Part shown: positions 1-11,050 of the stretch, piece by piece | Layout: each line of letters opens with the position of its first letter | Numbering within the stretch: position 1 is the stretch's first letter | NCBI GenBank assembly: GCA_036172245.1 | Contig: JAYWIR010000052.1 | Location: 1 to 64,000 of the forward strand | Direction: 5' to 3' | Length of the DNA stretch: 64,000 bases | From: Raillietiella orientalis | Taxonomy: Eukaryota | Notes under the pieces: model-generated | What the model saw: the letters and a program-made list of their open reading frames with translations, nothing else | What the model was told of the DNA's origin: nothing | Databases searched by the model: none | Translations under genes and position numbers: made by a program

Positions 1-2876
1 GATTGCGGAGGGTGACGCCTCTCAGGAATTCGCGAAGGTGTTCCTTCGCACCTGAGAGTCGCGTCCAGTCCCCAGGCAGACGCCACGCCCAGGATGGGGG
101 GCTCTTGTCGCGCGGGCACACCTCGAATATCAACCGGAAATGGTCAGACAGCTCCGACGCAACTTTCCCTCGTTTGCCGACCCGGAAACACAGGTCGACC
201 TCCAGGAAGACGTATTTGATGCTGCTGACCATTTCCGAAAGATCCCCTAACAAGTTGCGCGTGCGTATGGCGACGCACAACTCGTTAGCCGTTCGTTCCT
301 GTGCGTGTGGCTCACCTGATAGCAGGCGGAGATTAAAGTCTCCCGCTATCAGGTGAGCCACGCGCACGTTCGCTTCCACCAGCCAGTCGGGCTTCAGGGT
401 TTCCAGGAACGCCTTACGTTCCTGGTTCCCGGTAGGACCGCTCGGAGCGTACACATTTGTTACGACGAGGTCGATCGTGTCGGACCACCTGAGAATCAGC
501 TGGCCGACACGACCGGCTTCGTCGAAGCGCACGCCCTTCCCGGCTGCGTCGACTGCTGGCTTCATAAAAAACGCGACGACGCAGGTGTATCGGGTGCCGC
601 ATTGCCACATTAGCCGCCCCTCTGCGATCCTTCAGATCTCCTGGGCGTTCTCCGCGGTGATCACGTGGATCTCCTGCAGGAGCGCCAGCTCGAAGTCACG
701 CAAGGTGGCGGCCGTGTCCCGTCTGTTGCCATCGTCGCGCAGCCCGTTGACGTTCCAGCAGGCCACGCGTAATAGTGGGCGACAGGCGAGCCCAGGTGTT
801 ATTCCTGGGAAAGTGACAATGGGGCACCCGCCACCTGGTCGGGCGGACGGATGGAGGAATGGGATCACCGAGCACCGGTTCTCCCTCCTCCATGGGGGCC
901 GATTCCTCGGCGGACCGCAACGGTTGAAGGGGGCGGGTTTCACTACCTGCTCCCCTCTATCATAGGGGCCGATTCGTCGACTGCGCTGGACGACAGGGGG
1001 GAGCGGTTGTCAGCGGTCTGCTCCCCCTCCTCCATGGCTATCTCCTGAACTGATTCCACCGTTGGGAGGGGGCGGCAATCGCTCACCTTATCTTCCTCCT
1101 CCATGGGTTCGCCAGCTGCTCGGTAGCGGAGGGTGGGAAAATCCCTCCCTCCGTTCCCACGCTGCCGGCTTCCCCCTCGGTTGCCGGTGCGTCCCCCTCC
1201 TTCTTTGTCGGGATGCGCCTCTTTGGATTTTTGGACTTCCGTCCAGTCTTCTTCGGAGGCGCCTCCGCGGAGGAGGACGCACTTCCGGCATCCGGTTCAT
1301 GGTCACCTGTCGGAGGTGCCTTGCTCGCGGCCGGCCTTTGCAAGGATTTTCGCGCGCCGTTCTCACGCTCCGCGAGTTCGGCGGCGAGCTCTTCCGCCGC
1401 CTGCTGGAAGGCGGCGTCCTCGATTACGGCGAGAGCGTCGCTCGGCTCCTCCTCTGTTTGCACAGAGGGTTCGCCTTCCTCGATCGCGGCTTCGGCGTCA
1501 ACGAGGCGGAAGATATCTCCCCCGGTGGAGGTCTCGGGGATCTCCACTCGCTCTAAAGCGACCGAACATTCGCGGAGCAAAGCGCGGCGTTGCCTTCTAT
1601 TTGGAGAAGTTGTCGAGGGTTCCGCTGTCGGTTCTTCGGTTTTTCGGCTTATTTTACTTTTCGGCTTCGCTGTCCGCCAGTCCTCGTTGTCACCAGCGTC
1701 GTCGGGAGTTTTCTCGACCGCAGTTTGCTGGAAGCTTCCGGACTCTGGCTTTTTGCTTCACCTTTCCTTTGCTTCAGTGATCTTGCTTGTTTACTCCAAG
1801 CGTTTCCCCTTACCTTTTTTCAAGGCAGAGGGCGCTGGAGATTCCCGCTTTGGGCACACTCTTCGGAGGTGGCCCTTCTCCCCGCAGTGGAAACATTGGA
1901 TGTGAGGGCACCGTTTTTTCAGGTGCCCTGTTGCATCACAGTGCCCACAGTACTTGGGCTTGCCCACGTACCAGACTTCGACGACCTCGTTGCCGACGTC
2001 GAGTTTGTGGGGCAGCCCACCGTTTTCGTGGACCGTCACGCGCTGCAGCCATGCCACTGAACAGTATTCCGTATGTTTGGAAGACGTTGGGCTTGGTCAA
2101 GAGCGCGTGCACCGTACCATGTTTTTGCAACTCTTCTTGAACGCCAGCTTTGGTCATGAGAAGAGTTACACCGGTAAGGTGTGCAACAATGGAGCGGTCC
2201 TCCGTTACAATGAAGACCTTTCGGCCTTCCAGAGTGATGGGAGTGTTCAGCAGGCGTTGTGCCAGACTTGCATTTTCGCAAGTCAGCTTCACCCGCTGGC
2301 CCCCACTCATCACGGAGAGACCTTCCAGGTCTTCCTCTTTGACATCCAACCGCTGTAACTCTCTTTCAAAGTTACGAGCGGTGTTCCCCACAAACAGGTT
2401 TCCTACCTTGTAAATCAAGGACGGCTTGTATCCTTGTTCCAGGTAGGCCCGTTGTTCTGCAAAGGCAGCAGGAAATGGCGCTGCAGCCACGGAGCTCCAG
2501 GTCTTCGTGGATGGAGCAGGTGGATATAAGGACGCGGTTGCCTCCTTTTTCAAGGCGGCGGTTGTCCCCTTTTTCAAGGGGGCGGTTGCAACCTTTTGCA
2601 CCAGGACGGTTGCTCCCTTTTTCAAGGTGGCGGTAGCCCTCGTTTCCGGAGAGACGGTTGCCCCCTTTTTCAAGGTGGCGATTGCCCTCTCCTCCCTGGG
2701 GGCGGTTGGCCCCACATCAATGGGTTGGGGAGAGGAACAATCCTCTCCCCCGCCGACTTCCATCGCGGTGTCCTCAGGCATTTCTGCCATTGGACACCGC
2801 AGATGCTCCACACACAAACACTAACCAAGAAACGCTTTACAACAGGCGCAGGGGAGCGCGGTAAAAACACGTCCGC
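1..2876 (-). mobile_element. Tx1/L1-clade LINE copy A (5' end, ORF1, APE; continues past left edge), decayed
   Basis: 5' motif rc of aaaaacacgtccgc ends at 2876. ORF1 pieces 1936-2817, 1791-2057 (CGHCDATGHLKKRC and CFHCGEKGHLRRVC knuckles) and 1083-1580. APE start RVACWNVNGLRD...LLQEIH at about 632-799. Frameshifted. Confidence 0.9.
799..2790 (-). pseudogene. Copy A ORF1 (gag-like, 2 CCHC zinc knuckles), frameshifted
   Basis: Two CX2CX4HX4C motifs. The YLEQGY.PSL.YKVGNL block is shared with the ORF1s of copies D, F and J. Confidence 0.8.
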
Positions 2877-3635
2877 ACGCCAAGTTGCTAGCTAAGGTTT
2901 GGGCAGAGAGGTTGGGGCGGGTTGCCAACATATTCATCAGCCCGGAACAGACATATGCTGTTCCCGGGCGAAGCATGGAGGCGAACCTGTTCCACGCTTC
3001 CACCTGGCTAGAGCTCCAACAAGAAACGAACTTGGTGCGCAGCCGGAATTCCGGTGCGTGAGCCGGCAAGGGGTTGGATGGTCGGGTGGGGGAGGGAGCC
3101 CTTGCGGTCGCACTCGACTTGCGCAAAGCATTAGATTGCCTCGACCAGGATCTCCTTCTGGAGCTTCTGGAACGCTTGGCTTCCCGGCCTCATTAGTGGC
3201 CTATCTGCGCACCAGCTGGCGCGACGCGCTCATCAACTTTTCTTTCAGCGTGCAGACCGTGCACGGCGTGCCGGTGCGGCGTGGGATCCGGCAGGGAGAC
3301 AGCCTGAGCCCCTTGCTCTTCAGCACCTACTTTGAGTTGGTACTGAGAGCGTACAGGGGAACTCTGGCGCACCTGCCGCACGACTGTGCCGGGACGCCGG
3401 CGGTTTCAGCGTACGCGGACGACCTTCTGCTGCTGCTCCCTATGTCCACCCCGGCATCGGCGGTCGAGGAGTTCTTCGACCTGCTGCATCGGGGAACCGG
3501 ACTTACGGTGAACTGAACAAAGTCGTCCGTGATGCCAGTTGGTGCGGCGTGGTCAGGGCAGCAGGACTGGGTCCGTTTGGGGATCCCCACGGTGAGGTAC
3601 TTCAAGTACTTTGATGTGCCGTTGAAGGACTACTC
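2877..3635 (+). mobile_element. Tx1 RT fragment B
   Basis: AKLLAKVWAERL..EQTYAVPGRS, RRGIRQGDSLSPLLF, AYADDLLL, RYFKY; contains frameshifts and stops. Confidence 0.88.
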
Positions 3636-5596
3636 CCCTATTCTCCCTGCCCAGCATCCCGACAATCTACCCTGTGCACGCCGAAAAGATCCCCCGTTGT
3701 GCCACGGAAGAAATCAAGCGCGAAGGGCAAGGCACCATCGAGTGGCGGTCCCACGAAAAAGGGTGCGGTTGCTTCAGGGAAGCCACCATCCCAGACAGCC
3801 GCGCAGACGGGAAAGTTGCCACGTCGCCCTGGGGGCAAATCGCCCCCTTCGAAGCAGCCTAAGAGTGCGAGCACGCACTCAATCAAGGCTGCTGAACCGT
3901 CCGCGTACGCTTGCGCGTCCAGCGGAGCACACCGGAAACCGTTCGCGGGTACCCTCGGAGCTGCCTCTAAACGGCAGTCTCCTCCTACATCGGTGGAGAT
4001 CACGTCTTCCACGCCGAAGGCATGAGCAGAAAAGGCTGCAATAGCGCCTAGCGGGACGACGGCAATGACCGCCGTTTCGCCCGCATCGGCTAAGGAGCAG
4101 GTGCAGTGCGTAACGGGGACGGAGCCGTCTCCCGTTGCGAGCGCGAAACGTGAGCCGGCATCTCCGGCCAAACAATTGAGGGAGGCATCGGCCTCCCAGG
4201 AAAGCGTCCCCGACGCGGGCTGGACTCGCTTCTCTAGGACGCCCACAAAGGGGAAGAAGAGGGTTGACCCTTCAATATTCCCCATCCTTAAGGTGGATGG
4301 GAGGCAAAAGAGAAGCACGCCGAAGAAGGTGCGTACCCAGGTACGCACTATGGCTGCGTGCTCTGTCTCTGTCGCTTCGCGCGAGAGAGCAGCTGCGGAA
4401 GCCAATGTTCCGAAAGCTGCGTTGGCGACTGCGACGACCCCCGCGCGGGCAGGGCAAGCCTCCACCTGCCGAAACAAAAAGAGACTGGCAAAGCGCCAGT
4501 CTCGCGCCAGGCACTCGGACTCCGAGGTGCAGTCCGAGTGCAAACAAATGGAGCGCGCATCCCGGGGTAAGCCGGTAGCGCGCCGGGCTAAAGTGCGAAA
4601 GCACGAGCCTGTTGCCGGAGGCGGTTCCGGCTCCTGAACGGAGACCGAGGCGATGATTCTCGGCTCCCAGGACTCAGCTGGGCGCGATGTGGCGGCAAAC
4701 GGGAGCGATTCTGCTTCCCAATCCGCTCTCCTACCAGCTGACTTCTCGCCGGACGGGGCGAGGAGCACGCCGTCATGTCCGCAGCAGTTATGCGTGGACT
4801 CGCGTCCGCTTGTCGCGTCAGCGTGGCCTGTTGGAATCTCAACAGGCTGCGTGATGCTGACAAAAGGCGGACGGTAGCCAACGCTTTGCGCGCGTTCGAT
4901 CTGGTGCTGCTGCAGGAGATACAAAGCATCTCCGAAGGGCAGGCATCGGATATGGAAGAGCGCGCGGGCGGGACGCTACACTGGCGGCAAGGCTCCTCGC
5001 ACACGTGCGGATTCGCGTTCCTCGTAGGAGGCATGATGGCGGAGGCGGTGCGGTACGTTTGTTTCGACGAGGAAGGTCGTTTGGGCCAACTTGTCCTCAA
5101 GTGGTCCGAATCGATCGACCTGGTCGTTACGAACATGTACGCGCCGAGCGGCGGCCGGCATTACGCCCAGCGACTGGCATTCCTGGGTGGCCTGCGCAGC
5201 CGCTGGCTCGCTGTCTCCGGCCCTAACGTGGCGCACCTCCTAGCAGGAGACTTTAACGTCCACCTGCTAACAGAGGAGAGATGCCGCTTGAGGGAGAAGC
5301 AACTGGTGAGCGAGGTATGCGCGTCCGTGCGCGTGCAAAACTTGCTTGCTGGTGAGCCCGGGATGGAGAGATCGCCCAACCATTCGTTTCTCGATGAACA
5401 CCTGCTCTCACGAGTAGGTCGGAGAGGGCGCCTGCTATCCGCGCTTTCGGATCATCCGAGACTGGAATTCCAGCTTCTCCCGCCTGGCAAAGGGCCTCCG
5501 ATGAATGTCCGGAGGTTGCCGGCCGACTGGCTTAGCAATTCGGAGGCGGCGGAGCATCTTCGCCAACACCTCCGGGGCTTCGCTATCCGTGAACTC
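3636..5596 (+). mobile_element. Tx1 copy C: probable ORF1 C-terminus plus APE domain (left half of the element split by D)
   Basis: ORF 4775-5695 reads VACWNLNRLRD, LLQEIQ, NMYAP, LLAGDFN, SDH and ends at GFAIREL, abutting the 3' end of D. The ORF1 assignment of 3636-4790 rests on position and its basic, low-complexity character. Confidence 0.85.
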
Positions 5597-5846
5597 AATT
5601 TTTACCCGGTTGCGCCGGGGCGTTTATTCTTTGGAATAAAACAAACGTTGGTGGCTGACCAGGTGGTCCGGCCACGCTTTGGTATACAAAATTAAGCCTG
5701 CCGGGTCACCGGTTCGTATTCCGGCACGGTCCACCACGACAGCAGAGGGGCCAAGGACAAAACTAAAAATAAAACAAAAAAAAAAGAAATATATAAATTC
5801 AAGATCAGGGGGGCACGGGAAGGGATCACAGTCTGCTGTGGGGCCC

Positions 5847-8800
5847 TTACATCCTTTGCAGGATGCCGGCAAGCTGTTTTTGGATGTTTGAATCCAGATG
5901 GGTCCATCCTGTCGCCGTCCGCATAAATTCGGCTGCGCACTGGACGGCACCCTTATCGCGAGGTCCTCCCGTTGCTTTGCTCCATGCAGCGACGATCCCG
6001 CGAAAGCAGCACAAAGCTGCTAACGAGGCCGAGGGCCGAAGGGCGTCGGAAACGAAAAGGGATCTAATTGCGTCTCTGGGGTTGCCACAGGGGTTACCGA
6101 TTGCCGCGACAAAACGGTTCCAAAGGGGCCGAAGAGCCACACAATCCAAAAGGAGGTGAGTGAGAGACTCCCGTTCTCCACACCTCGCACAATTAGGGCT
6201 CACCGCTCCCCAGGTCCAATGGTGTCGGCGGGCGTTGCAGGGGAGTCCCCAATGCAGCAACAATAGCGCCGAATCCTGCCATTTTAAGGGGAGGATGGAG
6301 GTGTTCATCAGCACCGAGGGCCACTTTAATTGTTCCCGCGGAACATTTAGTAGCTCGCTCCAGCGCAAAAGTCCAATAGGGGTGGTAGTCCGGGCCGCGG
6401 TATCGCAGAGAATTCCCGTTTTCCATTCCCCGATCTTTTTCTCCGTACCGGAGATTTTAGCGTAAACATCCCATTTTGCAGCAGTGTTGCCGTTTAAATC
6501 CTCCGCGAGCGGAAACAGCATTGCAGTGAGGGGAGTTTCTCTTGCCCACGCTCGTTTTTGGGGGTTCTCCAGAGCGTCAGGCAGTCATTACGGGCGAAGA
6601 ATTGTCTCTGCCCTCCTTGGGTGCGTTGCTGGTTGCTCCTTGCCCATGTCTGAACCGTTTCCTGCAGCCATGCAGGTCCGTTAACAAGGCGACAGCAGAG
6701 CCATCCTGCTTTCTTCCTCATCAGGTCAGCCACTCTCCGTAGCTTCAACCCGCAGTGACCGACTTGGCGGCGCCGACGGAGCGCAAGGAAGTATGACAGT
6801 CCCACCTTGCCTGTAGCCTGCTCGACGAGGAGACGTGCGGGCTCGCACCAACTGCTACTCCAATATTTCGCCACTAGGGCGAGTAACCGAAACTGGAGCT
6901 GAAGCTCCAGCCGCTCTAGCGTCAGGAGGCCGAGACCGCCGTCCCGACGCGGAGCGCTCAAGTCCTCAAGCCGAACTCGGGCCCTCCCATTACCCCACAG
7001 GGCAATCCTTAGGAGGTCCTTCATCCGCTTTTTAGTCTTTGTGGTGGGGGGACAAACAAAAAGCAGTGAACGGAGGAGGGGCGCCGCGAATGCGTTCCAC
7101 ACCGCGGCCCGTTCCGGCAGGAAAAACCTGCGGACTTGGAACGGGCCAATCGCCGTCTCTACCTTTTAAAGGCAGCTGGACCACGCATCCGAAGGGAGAT
7201 AATCACCCATCGGTACACCAAGGTACTTGAAGTACCGTACCGCGGGGATCCCCAAACGGACCCAGTCCGGCTGCCCTGCCCGCGCCGCACCGATTAGCAT
7301 GACGGACGACTTCTCCCTGTTCACCTCAAGCCCGGTTCCCTGACTTAGCAGGTCGAAGAACTCGACCGCCGATGCCGGGGTGGACATAGGGAGCAGCAGC
7401 AGTAAGTCGTCCTCATATGCTGACACCGCAGGCGTACCGGGATAGTCGCGCGGCAGGTTCGCTAGAGTTTCCCTGTACGCTCTCAGTACCAACTCGAAGT
7501 AGGTACTGAAGAGCAAGGGACTCAGGCTGTCTCCCTGCCGTATGCCGCGTCGCACCGGTACGCCGTGCACGGTGTGTCCACTGAAAAAGATCTGGATGGG
7601 CGTGGCGCGCCAGCAGGATCGCAGATAGGTCAGCAAAGAGACCGGGAAGCCCAAGCGTCCCAGGAGCTCCAGGAGGAGCCTCTGGTCGACACAGTCGAAT
7701 GCTTTATGCAAATCGACTGCGACTGCGAGGGCTCCCTCCCTCTCCCAACCATCCCGTTTCCTAGCGGTGGACATTCCGGAAGTCCGGTTGCCCATCCTGA
7801 ATCTTTCCTCTTGGAGCGCGAAAAAGGTGCTGGCGAGTAACAGGTTGGCATCCATGCTCCGCCCGGGAACAGCATATGTCTGCTCCGGGATAATGAAGCT
7901 TTCCGCTAACCGCCCCAGGCGTTCAGCCCACAATTTCGCCAGCAACTTGGCGTCCGCGTTTATCACGGTAATCGACCGCCAGTTGCTCATGCTCCGAAGG
8001 TCTCCTCCCTTATGGAGGAGACGCACCTTTGCCGAACGAAACGAGGCGGGGACGTCGCCCGTTTCGCGGATCAGCAAGGTGAGTTTCTTCACCAGAGGAG
8101 TGAGCTCTGCCGCGAAACATTGAAAAAATTCCGCTGGCAGGCCATCCTCCCCTGGAGCCTTCTGCCTCTTGAGCTTTCCGATGGCCGAGATGATCTCGCC
8201 CATCGTGAAAGGCTCGTCGAGGGTCTTTCTATCTTCCTCCCCGATCGCCGGAGCGCCTTCCGGAAGAAGAAGTCGCGAGACATCCCGTTCCGGTGGAGCG
8301 CGCGCGTACAGGGAGGAGTGTAATTTTTTTAATAAGCGTTTTAACTGAGCGGGGGCCGAGTGCTATGAACCCTGGTCGTCCAGTAAGCTGGCCGACCCAG
8401 ATTGCCACGCCTGCCTCTCGGCTCCCGCACGGTATTCGGCTAGCCTGCGTACGTCTGGTGTTCGCGCGTAACATCGAGATTGTAAATACCATCTCTCGTT
8501 ACGCACGCTTTCACCAAACCCGGCAGGCAGGAGGTTCATAGGGAACTCGTCGCAAAAATTCCGGACCGAGCGCTTGAAGCGGTCCCAGTCCTGAAGCGTC
8601 TGCAAGCTGAAACCTCGTATGAATCCGCGGAGATGCTCTGCGGCTTCCGGAAGTTTCAGCCAGTCCCCCGGTAAGCGCCACGCAGATGAAGGCGGACCCC
8701 TATCGCGTGGGTGCTGGTCAAGAAACACGTGATCTATGCTGTCGTCCATTTCCGAATCTCCCGCGAACAAGTTGCGCGTTTGCATCTCTGCGCACAGCTC

Positions 8801-9322
8801 GTTCACGCGGTCCCGAAGTGTGTCGGACGCACCTGACAGCAGGCGCAGGTTAAAGTCACCCGCAATTAGGTGCGCTTTGCGCACTCCCGCTTCGTCCAGA
8901 TATTCGCGTCTCAGGGTAAGGAAGAAATCTCTCCTTGCCTTTGCCCTTAGCGCGTCGCTGCCGCTTGGGGCGTACACGTTGGTAATGACCAGATCGATGG
9001 AGTCCGACCACCTGATGGTCAACTGCCCGACGAGACCTGCACTATCGAACCGTACGCCCTTTGCCGCAGCCTCGACAGCTGGACAAAGCAGGAAGGCGAC
9101 ACAGCAAGATTTAACAACGCCGTAACTCCACAGCAGCCGTCCACCCGAGATACGCTCGATCTCCATTGCTTGATCTGCAGAGATGACGTGAATCTCTTGC
9201 AGCAGCACCAGGTCGGACGATGCCAGGGTGGAGGCCACGTCTCGTCTCTTGCCGTCGTCGCTTAGCCCGTTGACGTTCCAACAGGCAATTTGCAGACGGC
9301 GGCAAGAGGCGATTCCCGGCAT
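5847..9322 (-). pseudogene. Copy D ORF2 (APE endonuclease, reverse transcriptase, C-terminal zinc finger), frameshifted
   Basis: ORFs 8363-9322 (CWNVNGL, NVYAP, AGDFN), 7166-8203 (KAPGEDG, DLHKAFD, GIRQGDSLSP, YEDD in place of YADD, YLG), 6494-7102 (GGLGL) and 5847-6521. Confidence 0.92.
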
Positions 9323-10948
9323 TAAGGCTGGAAACGTGGCTTTGCAGCACCTGTCAACGGACAGGTGGGAGGGACGAGTAAGGGGACCGCGGCCATCTCA
9401 GGCACTTGAAGCACCTGGGGCACAGACTCTACCCTTTCCCTCCCTTCGTGGTCGCAGCGTGGGGTTACCTCTCGAAAAGAGTCCCCGGAGTTCCCCACTT
9501 TATTGGAACGCTCGCTTCCCTCAATTACCTCTTCCTTTTCGACGTACGGGATAATTGTGCGGGTAGCCTTCCTCGTGCGATTGGCCTTGGTGCGGAAGAC
9601 CTCGATGCCGCAGGCTGTGTTTTCCGCCTCTGCGTCAGAGTTCGGAATCTCCGACTTCTTGATCGAGGTCGGAAGCCTTAAGGTTTTTTTCGCGGATTTA
9701 ATGGGACGCTGCAAAGACGCAGCGAGCTCCTCCGCCGCTCGCTCAAAGGCGACGTCCTCGAGCATGCGTGCGACGACCGACGTCAGCGCCGGGTCGATAG
9801 CCTCCGGCATTAATTTGCCGGAGGGCTGAAATTCGGCAGCGACGACTGCAATTTTGCCGCTCTGTTCGACGGCAGGAATGCGCTTGATGACGACAGAGCA
9901 GCGTTTGATATTTTCGCGACGCGGCAAATTCTCGCTGCGTTTCGCGACATTTATTTTGCTTCCTTGAGGCTTTCCTGCCTCTTGGATTTTACTACCTGCC
10001 ATCCAAGTTCCTGGCCGTCCTCCTCGACCTTGTCCGAGTTTTCCAAGATCTCGGAGCTGACCTTCACCTGGGGCACGATAGTTGTTTTTCGAGCGGCGGC
10101 TCGCTCTCGGGCTGCCTGAACTCGTCTTTTTCTCGCCGCGCGCTTCTTCACATTCCGTGCGGACGCGACGCGGACTTCATTTTGCGGGCACACTGGAAGA
10201 GTGCGCCCGGGTTGCTTGCATTGCTTGCACTGCAAGTGGAGGCACCTTTTTTTCAGGTGACCTGAAGTGCTGCAATGCCCGCAGAAATGCGGCTTACCGA
10301 CATACCAGATGACAACGGGTTCGCCGTTGACCTCCAGCTTGTTAGGTAGGGAGCAACCCTCGCGGACCGTGATGCGCGCGGAAGCCATACCGCTATTCAG
10401 GAGATCGTACTCCTAAAACGGAGTCGGCCTTTTTCACAACGCCGGACAGTTCGAAATTTAACTAGTTTTTTTCGGACAGCCTCTTCGGCCATCCGGAAGG
10501 TGATTCCGAGAAGGTGCATCACGATAGATCTATCCTCCGTGATGGGGAGGAGCCGGCGATTCCCTAAAAAAACAGGTGTACGGAGCATACGCTGGGCGAG
10601 ACTTGCTTCTTTGGAAATCACCTCAACGTACTGCCCACCACTCCTGATGGTCATCGACAAGAGCTCCTCCTGGGGTACTTTGAGGGAGTGCATCGCTTTC
10701 GAGAAAGCGCGTGCACTCTCAAAGGAGTAAAGGTTGCCTACCTTGTAGAGTAGAGGGGGATGGTACCCCTCCTCCAGGTAGGCTTTTAACTCAGCCGCAG
10801 CCGCTTGCGTTGGCGCCGCAGCCACGAAACTCCAGCTTCTCCATAGCGAGGGAGTCGCTTCTGTGGGGGCGGTTGCCCCCACATCCATTGATTCAGGAGG
10901 CGACATAGACGTCGCCCCCTCCTTAACATTGGTGGTGGTCCCAGGCAT
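9322..10948 (-). pseudogene. Copy D ORF1 (zinc knuckles), frameshifted
   Basis: ORFs 10397-10948, 9951-10388 (CGHCSTSGHLKKRC, CKQCKQPG) and 9322-10002. Confidence 0.82.
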
Positions 10949-11050
10949 TGCTGCCTAGCCACCACCGAATCCACTGGCACACCAAGAAAAAAAAGAAAAA
11001 AAAGTAAATCACAAACGCTCAAGAGCGAAACAAAAACCCGTCCGCTCTCG

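Larger units (their letters stand above)
5597..11050 (-). mobile_element. Full-length (about 5.45 kb) Tx1 LINE copy D, decayed
   Basis: 5' motif at 11032-11045; ORF1 10948-9322; ORF2 9322-5847 (APE, RT, CARC..HLLLDC finger); 3' AATAAA, hairpin and short A tail at 5599-5628. Confidence 0.93.

Noticed and set aside
3638..4924. 428-aa minus-strand ORF
   Set aside because: Antisense to GC-rich ORF1/APE of copy C; no recognisable motif.
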